In this document: positions 24,091 to 35,050 of the stretch, one piece after another
Layout: every line of letters starts with the position of its first letter
How positions within the stretch are numbered: position 1 is the first letter of the stretch
Assembly: GCA_036630325.1 (NCBI GenBank)
Contig: CP142735.1
Coordinates: forward strand, 186,001-250,000
Length of the DNA: 64,000 nt
Source of the DNA: Vairimorpha necatrix
Taxonomy: Eukaryota
Direction: 5' to 3'
Notes under the pieces: generated by a model
What the model saw: the letters and a program-made list of their open reading frames with translations, nothing else
Told to the model about the DNA's origin: nothing
Database searches by the model: none
Program-made: the position numbers and the translations under genes

Positions 24091-25893
24091 TGTCACCGTT
24101 CGGACTGGACGCCGGGGAAAATGCTTACTTGAGAAGGGTAAAAATTTAAAAAAAATATCCGTTCGGACTGGACGCCGGGAAAAATGCTTACTTAAGAAGG
24201 GTAAAAAATTAAAAAAAATTGGTGTTTATTTTTTATTTGTTTTTAAAATTATTTTAAAAATAAGGGCATGAAAACAAAATTGAATAACAATGAAAGACAA
24301 GAAGTTTTTGTCTTTTTACAGACTGGTGTTGTTCCAACAAGGTTGGTAACAAAACAAGAAAGAGATGCTTTCAAAAAAAAGCACAAAAATTTATCCTTTT
24401 TGAGGATGTAATTGACGGCATCACAGAGCTCACGGTGAGATTTAAAGTAGGTCTATATAGATCATTAAGATTCTTTACCACCAACGAGCAACGATTCAAA
24501 ATCGATTATATAAAATTGATCCACGTCTCAAATAAGCATGCGGGACTGGACAGATTGTTTCCATTATTGCAAACAAAAGTCTACGACGCTTCACAAAAAG
24601 ATATCCAGAGGGTCTTGAATAGCTGTGATATATGTCAATCAAAGAGAAATCTAGTAACTAGACCAGTTATTAGACCAATTGTAGCAAAGTATCCAAGGGA
24701 AAGATATGTTGCAGACTTGATTGATCTCCGGCTATATCACGAACTCAATGAAGGATATAAATGGTTATTGAATATTGTAGATTCATTTACCAAATTTTGT
24801 TGGACGGTACCACTGTTTGACAAAACAGGTATAAGTGTGGGGAATGCCTTTGAAACATTGTTTAGAACATTTGGTTCTTGTTATATACTTCATACTGATA
24901 ACGGCAGAGAATTTGTAAATCAAACATTCGTCGATTTATGTCAGAAATATGAAATAAGACACGTAAGGGGGAGAGCTAGATGTCCATGGATACAAGGACA
25001 GATAGAAAAATGCAATCAAACAATAAAGTGGATGATTGCATCTACTCTCAGGACAAAAAATATTTTGGGGCAATGGACCAAGGTAAGAGAAGAAGTTACC
25101 TGGTCATATAATTATTTAAGACACTCTACTACGAGACAAACACCATTCTCTTTAATGTTTGGTAGACCCATTAGGGACATAATGGACGAGTCTAGAATCA
25201 CGGGCATTCTAGATTCGATCAATAGCGAAAATCATGAACAAGAGTTAGAGGAAGAAGAAATAGCTGAGGAAAGTTTATCAGATGTTCTAGATGGCAATAC
25301 AAATGAAGAAATACAGCAACTCTATGCTCTTAATAACACAAACCTTTTTTTAAATGAAATTTATCATGATACAGCTAGAATTCATACACAAACTGCTGCA
25401 GATAGAATGGTACAAAGAAGTATGTGGAGAAATGATTTCTTAGAATTTAAAATAGGAGATAGAGTCCTTATAAGACCTTACTTGGACAACAACGTAAATA
25501 CCCGAAGACATTCTCTTTATGAACATTTAGATGCTGAAGTCTATATTGTAACAGACATAATTCAATTTAATAAAGTAAAATTATGCAAAGAAGATGATAA
25601 TGGCATTATAATAGAAGAAATAAGTACTAGAGATCTAAGGTTGCTTGGTAATGAATAAAGTACTAAAAATTTTGTTTATTTTATTTTTCTCCCTTTTTCA
25701 TTATTCCCTCCCATTATTATAAAAAAAAAAACAAAAATTCCCCCCTCAAAAAATCAGAAGAAATTTGAGCTGTCTTAAAGACGAACATTTATTTGTTCTT
25801 ATTTTCTGGTTCGCCCCTGACTGAAGAGATTTTTTTTTTAATTTTTTACCCCCGGCGTCCAGTCCGAACGGGCGTCCGGTCTGAACGGTGACA
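24091..25893 (+). mobile_element. Ginger-like integrase DNA transposon with short GC-rich TIRs
   Basis: Ends tgtcaccgttc..gaacggtgaca, repeated ccgttcggactggacgcc motifs at both ends, 5-bp TSD ataaa. Confidence 0.9.
24268..25658 (+). CDS. Integrase-like transposase (N-terminal frameshift; main ORF 24435-25658)
   Basis: H-H-C-C finger, YVADLID, HTDNGREF, QGQIEKCN, C-terminal FKIGDRV SH3-like region. ATG after a GGG motif at 24268. Confidence 0.85.
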
Positions 25894-25990
25894 ATAAATA
25901 ATTGAGATTTCTTTTTTTTTCTATAATTTTTTGTTTAAAGGGTCCCCCCCCTTTAAACAAAAAAAATACCCGGGAATAGGCCCTAGAGCC

Positions 25991-26280
25991 ATTCAGTCTA
26001 ATGTGATGAAGAAAACTCCAGAGTCCATCTCTTTGGAACGACGAACAAGATACGATAAAGATTATGCAGAAGAAGAAGTAACTAGAGCTGTAAGCGCACT
26101 AGCAAATATGGCGACTGTTAAAGAAGTGGTGTCAGCAAAGGAGAATGAAGCTAAAAATTTGGAGTTGAAAAACATAAATAATTCCACAGAAACCAAAGTC
26201 TATGAAGAGCCGAATCTAGTGAGCGATACCGAGGGAAACTGTGCTAATCTAACTTTAATGATAAATTAACTTAATAAATC
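25991..26280 (+). mobile_element. 3' fragment of RLE LINE family 1 (continues from ~23040-23079)
   Basis: Nucleotide match to 735-1030. Sequence is contiguous across the Merlin TSD. Confidence 0.85.
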
Positions 26281-26375
26281 TTCTATATGTTGTCAACACT
26301 TCACAAAAAATTGCCGTACTTACGAATGTAGTAACGACCATGCAACTTTCGTTTAATTGTGTGACCCAACTTGAC

Positions 26376-27349
26376 GGAGCTATGGCAGTCTGGTGGCCAA
26401 AAATCCCTTAAAAGGAATTTTTAAAAAAATCACCCCAAAAATGAAAAGTCAAGAGGAAAAACTTTTTGAAATTTTTAAAATATATTGAAAAAACAAGCAA
26501 ATCATGTATAAAATGTGGTTCTATAAGTAAAAAATATTATGAAAATGTTATTTTTCGATGTACTTGGTCTAAATGTAGAAGTAAATGGTCTTTATTAAAA
26601 AACACTCCATTCTACAATAACAAGCTTGGAATTAATACTATGTTATAATTATTAAATCATGGTCTGTTAATGTAAAGTATAAAGCTTTTGCGGAATTTCT
26701 TGGAATTACCATTAAAAGTGTAAGAAAAATCATTTCTTTAACAGTAAATTCCATCGAAAATTCTGTTTACGTTGAAACAGGTATAAATGGAGGACCTGGG
26801 ATTGTTGTGGAAATAGATGAAAGTAAGTTTGGTAAATTAAAATACCATAGAGGCCATGGGTAGAAGGAGTTTGGATTTTCGGAATGGTAGAAAGAACACC
26901 TCAAAGGAAAATTGTGTTTGTTCCTGTTGATAATAGAAGAGCAACTACACTAGAAGAACTTTTAAAAAAAATATGTTCACCCAGAATCTATCATACATAG
27001 TGATTGCTTCTCTTCATATTCTAGGTTGTGTTCAATTTTTCAACAACATAAGACGGTTAATCATTCAAAAGAATTTGTTAATAAAAATAAATATGCCATA
27101 CTAATACTATCGAAGGTAATTGGAGCGCTGTTAAAAGTGAAACTTCCATAAGGCATAGAACAAAAAAATTAATAAAGAGTTCTTTGTTAAGATTTATGCT
27201 TAGAAGAAATTTTGAAGGGAATTTGTTTGATAAAATTATTAAAATGATTTTTAAGTTTTTATTTTTTTCATCTTGACTTTTCATTTTTGGGGTGATTTTT
27301 TTAAAAATTCCTTTTAAGGGATTTTTGGCCACCAGATTGCCCTTTAACC
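26376..27349 (+). mobile_element. Merlin DNA transposon with long TIRs, frameshifted transposase
   Basis: ~80-bp TIRs, 9-bp TSD caacttgac. Motifs GPGIVVEIDESKFGK.KYHRG, IHSDC, VNHS, HTNTIEGNW. Confidence 0.9.
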
Positions 27350-27482
27350 CAACTTGACATGTTATCCGAAACAATTGACTTTTTTTTGACTTCTTTCCAT
27401 GTGTTGTAGTAATGTACATCACAGTATCTAAGAAAAACAAAATCTCAAGAAAAAATATTAGTTAAATCACATAAATATGTTT

Positions 27483-28170
27483 GGTACATGACCGTTTGGA
27501 ACCCGCTTTGGGAAAATGAACCCGCTTTGAAAATAAACACGCTTTGAAAAATTCAAAAAAAGGGAAAAATAAAAAAAAGTTATAAAAAAAGGACTTGATG
27601 ATTTATTTTAAATAATGACAGAAGACAATTTATCCGTTAATTTTTGTGAATTTGAAAAGCCTAGTGAAACTGTAAAAGGTACTCATAGTGTTCTTCTTTG
27701 TTTATGTTAAGATCAAATATCTCTTATAGGAATGAGCCGAAACCAACTAAATTATATAATATTGTGACTCAGAATCGCTAGAGGTTACTGCATTTATGGA
27801 GTGATTCTTAGTACTGTGCTCCACCCCTTTGCTTAGCTAATGTGACATCATATGCTACCCATTGATTAGAGATCATATAGAAACAGGTTATACATTTTCT
27901 TGTATCACCTCAAAGAAAAAGCAGTATTCTACTAGTTACAGAAACGAGCAAGGCGCACACCAATGCAGCATCAAATGTTTCCAAAATAAACTTTTCTTTG
28001 TATTCCATGCATAAATACATTACATCACTAAAAACCTCATCTGCCTCAACAAACATTGTTTTTGCCAATTTTGCCATTTTTTTAAAGGGGGTCCTTTAAA
28101 ATTTCAAGGCGGGTTCATTTCCCCAATGCGGGTTCATTTTCCCAAAGCGGGTTCCAAACGGTCATGTACC
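27483..28170 (-). mobile_element. Non-autonomous MITE (Merlin-type ends), copy 1
   Basis: TIR ggtacatgaccgtttggaacccgctttgggaaaatgaacccgc, 8-bp TSD atatgttt. Second copy at 43598-44328. Confidence 0.92.
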
Positions 28171-28852
28171 ATATGTTTTTATTATTTTGTAGTCTGAATT
28201 ATTAAAAGAATGTAGTTCATATATAGTTGTAGCAGATCAAATACATATTAATCATATTCTTACAAATGACAGTTTTAACTTGTTGAAAAAATTATTTAAA
28301 AAAATTTATTTTAGAGGGTATGGAAAATAAGAATAACAAAATTGCCAGATATAATAGAGAGATTGAAATAAGAAGCCATTAAATCTTAAAATATGCGTAA
28401 CATATGAAAGTATTTTGTATATATAATATAGGATATATACTCGTTTTGCCGTGTAAAATGTATTTTATTTTTTTAGTTTACTAAGTATATATATTAGAAA
28501 GGTATATTCGGATCAAAGAAAATCTTATATAATTTTATTTTATATAAGAAAGCATAAAACTAACATTGTAAATTGTTCTATTATTTGATTCATTCAGATT
28601 AATGATCTTTTAATCTGACTAATATGAAATGTTTTTTTATGCATAGAAAGAAAACAAAAATAAAAGAAAGTTGAACTATAATTGGTTTTCTCAAAGGATA
28701 ACCAAAAATTAAAATAAGTGTGCTTGGCAGAATAGTTGCACCTTGATTTGGGACATCGAAGGTCCAAAGTTCGATTACCGGTGGGAATAAATTTAAATTT
28801 ATTCTAAGTTAAAGATATCTACTCGCAGACATTCAGACGTCACTAAATTTAA

Positions 28853-29203
28853 TGTCACAGTCCGGAGCGGACGCAGGGGGTAAAAAATCAAAAAAAAATC
28901 ACTTAATGAGGGGCGAACCAGAAAATAAGAACAAATAAATGTTCGATTTTAGTGACTGCCCAATTTTTTTCTCGATTTTTTAGGGGTTATTTTTGTTTTA
29001 TTTTTATAATAATGGGAGGGAATAATGAAAAAAGGAGAAAAATAAAATAAACCAAATTTTGAGTACCTTATTCATTTCCATGCAACCTGAGATCTCTAAT
29101 ACAATTTCTTTTATAATAATTCCCTTATCATCTTCTCTACATAATTAGACTTTATAAAATTGTATTATGTCTGTTACAACATAGACATCTGCATCTAAAT
29201 GTT
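28853..29203 (-). mobile_element. 3' end remnant of the Ginger family seen at 24091-25893
   Basis: Reverse-complement similarity to ~25520-25893, including the tgtcac terminus. Confidence 0.8.
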
Positions 29204-29769
29204 GGCGCTACTTCATTTTCTTGCCCCTAAAAAAAACATTAATAAAAAGATACAAAATCGTGTTATTTTTCAAATCTAAACATTTTTTCGAGGGGGGCAA
29301 GAAAATGAAGCTAAGGTATTTTTTGTCGATTTGAGAATTTTAAAATGCCTCCTGCAGATTCCTCAATTAAGGGGTTAAAAAATTAATTTTTTGAAAAACC
29401 CTTAATGAGGAATCTGCAGGAGGCTATTCGAGAGCTAAATATCTGCGAAGATGCGTGCTTTAGGAACAATGAAGCAGCAATTGATTTTTTTTAGATAATG
29501 GTCTTCTAAAAAGATTGATTGCTTGCAGACATTGTTCGACATCAAAACGAACTGTTCTTATGAACATTAGTGGATGTTCCGGCTACATTGACGGTAAAGC
29601 TTATCGTTGTGTTATTAAAAAAGTGTAGTTCGAAGAGCCCATTTAAAAATGGTACGATGTTTAAAGGAATAAACGTTCCATTTCACAAAATCCTTAGAGC
29701 ATTCTATTGCTGGATATTTAATTATACTACTTACCAAGCAATAGATCTGTGCAAAATATGTGAAAATTC

Positions 29770-31020
29770 GGTTAAGTTCTCGACTTACCCCCCCCCCCCC
29801 CACCCCTAAAAAAAATAAAAAAAAATAAAAAAAAATATAAAAAAATAAAAAATAAAAAAAAATAAAAAAAGGGAAAAAATAAAAAAAATAAAAAAACGTT
29901 TAATTCTCGACTTAACCCCCCCCCCCCCAAAAAAAAAAAAAACAAAAAAAATTATTCCACAATTGTAAAGTCTATTACAGGAATAATATCATAAGTTACA
30001 ATACTAAAATTACCTATTTGAAAAAATTTTAACATTTTATCTAATAGAGTTTCACGATATATTAATTTGAATCTATTAATGTAAATCTTTCTTACAAGAT
30101 TCATAATAGTACCATGACTAGTTCCGCCTTTTCTTAGTTCTCTTTTAATAACCGACCACATTCCCTCTATAGTCTGAGTATGCGCACCAGTTATATTATC
30201 AACAAAATTTTGGCTGTGATTCACAGTCAAATGAAGATACTCATATTCTACACAGATTGTTTGAATATCACTATATCCACGCCAACAATCTGTCACAATT
30301 GTGGTCCCCGGAGCAATTTTTCTTGTAATTAATTCAACAAGAGTAGCTCTTGTTCTATTTTCTACGATCTCAAAGAAAAAAGAATTTGCATCCCCTCTCA
30401 CAACGCCTCCAACTGCCCATACTTGATATTGAAGAACCCTTCCCGCATGGTTTTTACTTTTTACAAGTAAAGTTTCATCAATTTCAACAATACAACCGAC
30501 GCCGCCAATCGTTTGATTGTTTATATATGTTGAATAAGAGACGTACACGGCGTTATTAAAACGCGTAAACCATCTTGATACCGTACATTTACCTATATCA
30601 AGTTCTAACGTGGCGGCCAAATTACTTGAACCCTTTACCCATTCGCAAAGCAATATTAAAAGATTCTCAATAGGCAATTTTGAGTTCTTAAAAACGCTTT
30701 GTTTCATTATGGTTCCTTTGTTAGAACATTTTTTACCATCACGTCTTGAATAACAACGATAGTTTTCAGTGTTGGTCCGATTTTGAGTCATTGGTATATT
30801 GCATTTATTGCACATAGGGACCCTCAAAATGATTTTTGCAATTAAAAATTGCATTAACTCATTTTTTTTATAGATGAGTTTTCTAAATTCTTTAATTCTC
30901 ATTATGGGTCAAATTTTTTATTTTTTTTATTTTTTCCCCTTTTTTTTATTTTTCCCCTTTTTTTATTTTTTTTTATTTTTTTTAGGGGTGGGGGGGGGGG
31001 GGTAAGTCGAGAACTTAACC
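29770..31020 (-). mobile_element. Intact Merlin DNA transposon
   Basis: Near-perfect >40-bp TIRs starting ggttaagttctcgacttacc, perfect 8-bp TSD gaaaattc. Confidence 0.95.
29952..30902 (-). CDS. Merlin/ISXO2-like DDE transposase, 316 aa, intact
   Basis: N-terminal Cys finger, IVEIDET, VTDCWRGY, VNHS, HTQTIEGMW. Confidence 0.93.
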   Translation of the reverse strand: MRIKEFRKLIYKKNELMQFLIAKIILRVPMCNKCNIPMTQNRTNTENYRCYSRRDGKKCSNKGTIMKQSVFKNSKLPIENLLILLCEWVKGSSNLAATLELDIGKCTVSRWFTRFNNAVYVSYSTYINNQTIGGVGCIVEIDETLLVKSKNHAGRVLQYQVWAVGGVVRGDANSFFFEIVENRTRATLVELITRKIAPGTTIVTDCWRGYSDIQTICVEYEYLHLTVNHSQNFVDNITGAHTQTIEGMWSVIKRELRKGGTSHGTIMNLVRKIYINRFKLIYRETLLDKMLKFFQIGNFSIVTYDIIPVIDFTIVE

Positions 31021-31675
31021 GAAAATTCATATTTTAAAATCAAGGATAAAGTGATGAAAATAATTGCTTCTAAAAGCGATGATAGCTACCAAATTCAAGG
31101 AACTTCTGTTCGTGTACAATTTGATGAAACCACCATATGCAACGGGTTAATTGTATCTAATCCTTCTTCAACTTTGGATTCCATGCCTGGAATTCAATAG
31201 ATTATAGGCGGCATAGTAGAAGGTAATTGTAGAGAATTTGTTCTTGAATTGCTACCTAATCGACAATCTAGTACTATTGAAGACTTTTTTAGACGCAGAG
31301 TAAAACTTGGCTCTATTATAATTACTGATGAACACCCTTCATATCCATCAGCCTCTAGAAATTTTGGCAGTGAACATTACATAGTAAATCATTCGCTTGG
31401 ATTTATAAATGCAGAAGGAGACCACACAAATAATATAGAAAATTGGCGGTCCCATTTTAAGAATGAGTATAGATCGAGAAGTGGACTTAAAAGGCATAGG
31501 ATTAATTTAATTCTAAAATAATTTGCTTGGAAAAAAAGAAATATCAATCATTCTAATAATGATGATCATAGATGTGCCTATATAAAAATTTTAGAACTTT
31601 GTAGGTTTGAATAAATAAAATTTCTTCTAAATAATTTTTTTTTCTAGGGGGGGCAAGAAAATGAAGTAGCGCGCC

Positions 31676-32877
31676 AATTACTAGTTTGATTATCTTGCAT
31701 TCATGATAATTAAAATATTCTCAATATCTTGATTCGCACGCTCCACAATGCCTTGAGACTGGCTGTGGCGTGGCTTCCCATGCACAATTTTTAATTCAGG
31801 CCACAAACCTTTAAAATCATCAATGACGTGGTTAACAAATTCTCGAAAATTGTCCGATTTCAAAATAGATGTGCCCCAAATAGTAAAAAAAATTTAAAGG
31901 AGTTGATCAGCAACTTCATATGCTGTCTTATTTTTAAGGGATCTAATAATGATAAACTTTGTTAAGTGGTCCTGGTATACCAATATAAATTTATAATTAT
32001 CAACTAGCTGTGATTTTAAGTCAATTAAATCTACTTGACATCTTGAATTAAAATGAGAAAACACCATTGGATTAACCACCAAGCCTTTCTTTTCATTCGC
32101 CCTTTTTTTAAGGCACACTTCACAATTATTTAAAAATATTTGAATATCTTGTGCTGTTATATTTTTAAAGCGAAGGTTAAGCTCCTTTTTCATTCTGTCT
32201 CGTCCTCCATGTCCAATTGATAAATGAGTTTCATATAAAACTTCAAACAATTCTTCAACAGTAACATAATACAGCACTTTTTCATCTGCTATTGGTGCAA
32301 TTAGTTTATCCACATTACTCACATACACTGTATCATAATGTTTTAGTAACCAGAAGTGACGATTTTCTTTTTTCTGTGCTGATTTAGCGGATTTAACATC
32401 ACTTATTAGTTGAGCATATCTTTCCGTATTCATACGAAAGCCGTTAGCTTTTTGTGGAGTATTGTTAATGTGCTGGTAGAATTTATCTTTCATTGGTTGT
32501 TTATCCATTTTATTTTTAGGGTAAAATAATTAAAAATTATTAATTTCTATGGACACATATAATTTAAATAACTCACTTACCATCCAACAATCAGCCAGTG
32601 TGTACTCTCTCAAACTGCACAGATAGAGCAACATTCAACAGCACACAGTGCATCACGAATAAAGAGGTTAGGTTTAAGGTTTCCTAGCAAATTTAACGAT
32701 TTAACCTACGGATTTAACATACAACACTTTGACTAGAGGGAGCTCGTGAATGTATACATTCACTAGGTAATGTGTTCATTTCAGTTACAATGAATACTTT
32801 AACTACAAATCTTAGTGAATGTATACATTCACTAGGTAATGTATACATTGCCTGGAATGTACGTTTTGACTGTAACA
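31676..32877 (-). mobile_element. 5' half of a second copy of the Ginger2 element at 11280
   Basis: TIR and first ~145 codons near-identical to 11280-12085. Remainder diverged, with stops. Truncated at the Merlin end. Confidence 0.95.
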
Positions 32878-33156
32878 TATATACAAGAATGAGATGGAAA
32901 ATGGCAAATTTCATAAATGCTTTAAAAACAAAAAAAGATACTCAAGTTTCACTTATATAACAATAATGTGTATTTATATGCATTTTCGGCTGTTCTTAAT
33001 TTTTTCATATTTTTCAAGATTTGTCTTTTTATTGTATCTCTATTTATATATACAAGAATGAGATGGAAAATGGCAAATTTCATAAATGCTTTTAAAACAA
33101 AAAAAGATACTCAAGTTTCACTAATATAACAATAATGTGTATTTATATGGATTTTC
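32878..33156. repeat. ~169-bp tandem repeat, reverse complement of 14027-14425
   Basis: tacaagaatgagatgg recurs at 32882 and 33051. Confidence 0.9.
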
Positions 33157-33231
33157 GGCGCAACGGCCCGAGCCCGGACTTTTTTTCTCTCTAAGTGTCC
33201 CCCTTATAGAGAAGCGAAAAAAAATAATAAT
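33157..33231. mobile_element. Isolated terminus of the Merlin family seen at 1683
   Basis: ggcgcaacggcccgagcccggac..ctctctaag matches 1683-1750. Confidence 0.8.
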
Positions 33232-35050
33232 TGTCAAGCGCCCAGGGCGCACGTGCGCCCAGCGCGCACAAAAACGAAGTTTTTGCCGGGTTCGAGCGCA
33301 GTGAGAACAATTTTTTTTTTCCGAAGGAAAATTAAGGAATAAAAAATAATAGATTTGTTTTACTTTAAAAAGATAATTAAATTGTTTAGATTTACAGAAG
33401 TTTTTTTTTGCATGGGAATATTTTTGATATTGGAATCTTTTTAAACTCAAGATAATATGTTGGGTTCGGGAATCCTTATAAGTAAAAGTACTGACAAAAT
33501 ATATAAACTAATTTTTTATTTTTTTAATCAAATTTAAATCTACTATAACTTCATTTCCTTCTAAATTTAACTTTACTCGATTGTTAGATAAAATTTCTAT
33601 TACTATAGACTCTTTATGATAGAAAGATTCAAGTTTTTTTTTCTTAGTTTTTTTATTATTATCAAAATCTTTTTTCAATAAAACAGTATCACCTACTTCA
33701 AAATCATAAATAGAATTGTGTACCGCGCGTCTATCCATTCGTGCAAAGTATTTTTTTTGGTAACTCGAAAATACACAGTCTTCTTTAGATTTTTCTTCCT
33801 TTTTAACACAATCGATTTCATTATCAACAGACACAGGACATATTTCTCTATCTAACTCTAAAGACACTTTATTCTCAGGTTCTAAATTTTTACGAACTAC
33901 TGTGTTGTAACCAGCTCTGTTAAACATTTTCTCAAATGGAGTAAAAGAACTCGCAGAATGAACTGCTTGATTATAAACACTAGTAACCTTTTTTAGACAA
34001 TCAATCCACCTTTCACTTCGTTCTGATGTTTCTTCGTCCATTAATTTTTTTGATAATAACCTTGTGATTGTTTGGTTAAACCGTTCCACCTGACCCTGTG
34101 TCTGTGGATGTCTAGGTCTCCCTTTTATTAGAAGGATTTTATATTTTGATGCAAGATCATACATCAATTTGTTCCTAAACTCCTTACCATTATCACTTTG
34201 AATGATCCCAGGTACACCATAATATTCAAATAAATCCTCCAAACACTCTATAACACACTCAGCTGTCTTACCTTTTAATGGATATGTTCTGGCAAATTTT
34301 GAATATACATCCAAAATAGATAATATCCAGCAATACCCATCGTTAAACTCCTTGTATGATCTCATATCAATAAGATCTATCATTAGGCGTTCCCATGGAA
34401 ATTCTGCTGTAATATGTTTCATTTTTTCCTTTGTCTTCAAAGGCTGACATTGAGCGCAAATTTTACATTCACGTACAACATCACGTATCAATTCCCTTGG
34501 GATTGAAAAATATAAACATTTACTTTTTAGGTATAGGGCATTCTGACCTAAATGCCCATCTACGTGAAGTTTTTGCATTTCTAACTTCATCGCACAAATA
34601 TCCGTTTGTGCAAAAACCTTTAAATGTAGATTGTCGATACCTCTTAAGTAAAGATGATTATCTACAATTGTAAAGTGTTCAGCCTTTTTCCTTAATCTCG
34701 CCAAAGAAAACCTCGAAATATCTTTTACGACTTTGTTTTCTACAATAATATCTAGAATATTTTTATATTCTTCCGAGTTTTTCACAGGTAAGACCATTTG
34801 AGGGATGTTATGAAATATTTTTTAAAATGGTGTTGTTTTTAACTTATTTATATTTTTAAGGTTTTTTTATAACTGAGTTTAGCTCAGCGGTCAGAAATTC
34901 TGAAACGAACTGGTCAAATTTTAAGAGGAAGGGTTCGATCCCCGCGCGAGCCATTTTTCATAAGCACCCTTAAAAAAATGAAAAATGGCTCAAAAAGCGG
35001 GAATTGGGCCGTGTGCGGGCTGGGCGCACGTGCGCCCCGCGCGCGCGACA
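33232..35050 (-). mobile_element. Ginger-like integrase DNA transposon, second short-TIR family
   Basis: TGTC..GACA ends, imperfect TIRs containing the palindrome gggcgcacgtgcgccc. No TSD match. Confidence 0.85.
33508..34797 (-). CDS. Integrase-like transposase, 429 aa, intact
   Basis: H-H-C-C finger, LMIDLID, QSDNGKEF, HPQTQGQVERFN, FEVGDTV. Confidence 0.92.
   Translation of the reverse strand: MVLPVKNSEEYKNILDIIVENKVVKDISRFSLARLRKKAEHFTIVDNHLYLRGIDNLHLKVFAQTDICAMKLEMQKLHVDGHLGQNALYLKSKCLYFSIPRELIRDVVRECKICAQCQPLKTKEKMKHITAEFPWERLMIDLIDMRSYKEFNDGYCWILSILDVYSKFARTYPLKGKTAECVIECLEDLFEYYGVPGIIQSDNGKEFRNKLMYDLASKYKILLIKGRPRHPQTQGQVERFNQTITRLLSKKLMDEETSERSERWIDCLKKVTSVYNQAVHSASSFTPFEKMFNRAGYNTVVRKNLEPENKVSLELDREICPVSVDNEIDCVKKEEKSKEDCVFSSYQKKYFARMDRRAVHNSIYDFEVGDTVLLKKDFDNNKKTKKKKLESFYHKESIVIEILSNNRVKLNLEGNEVIVDLNLIKKIKN

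Larger units (their letters stand above)
23080..25990 (+). mobile_element. Merlin DNA transposon, degenerate, inserted in a LINE fragment and hosting a Ginger element
   Basis: TIR ggcgctagggcctattccc / gggaataggccctagagcc, 8-bp TSD attcagtc. Transposase remnant 23174-24090 (VNHEEGF..HTNLIE). Confidence 0.92.
29204..31675 (+). mobile_element. Merlin DNA transposon, degenerate, with nested Merlin; no TSD
   Basis: TIR ggcgctacttcattttcttgcccc. Transposase remnant from ATG 29405 to ~31613 (VQFDET, ITDEHPSY, HTNNIENW), related to the 15491 element. Confidence 0.88.
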
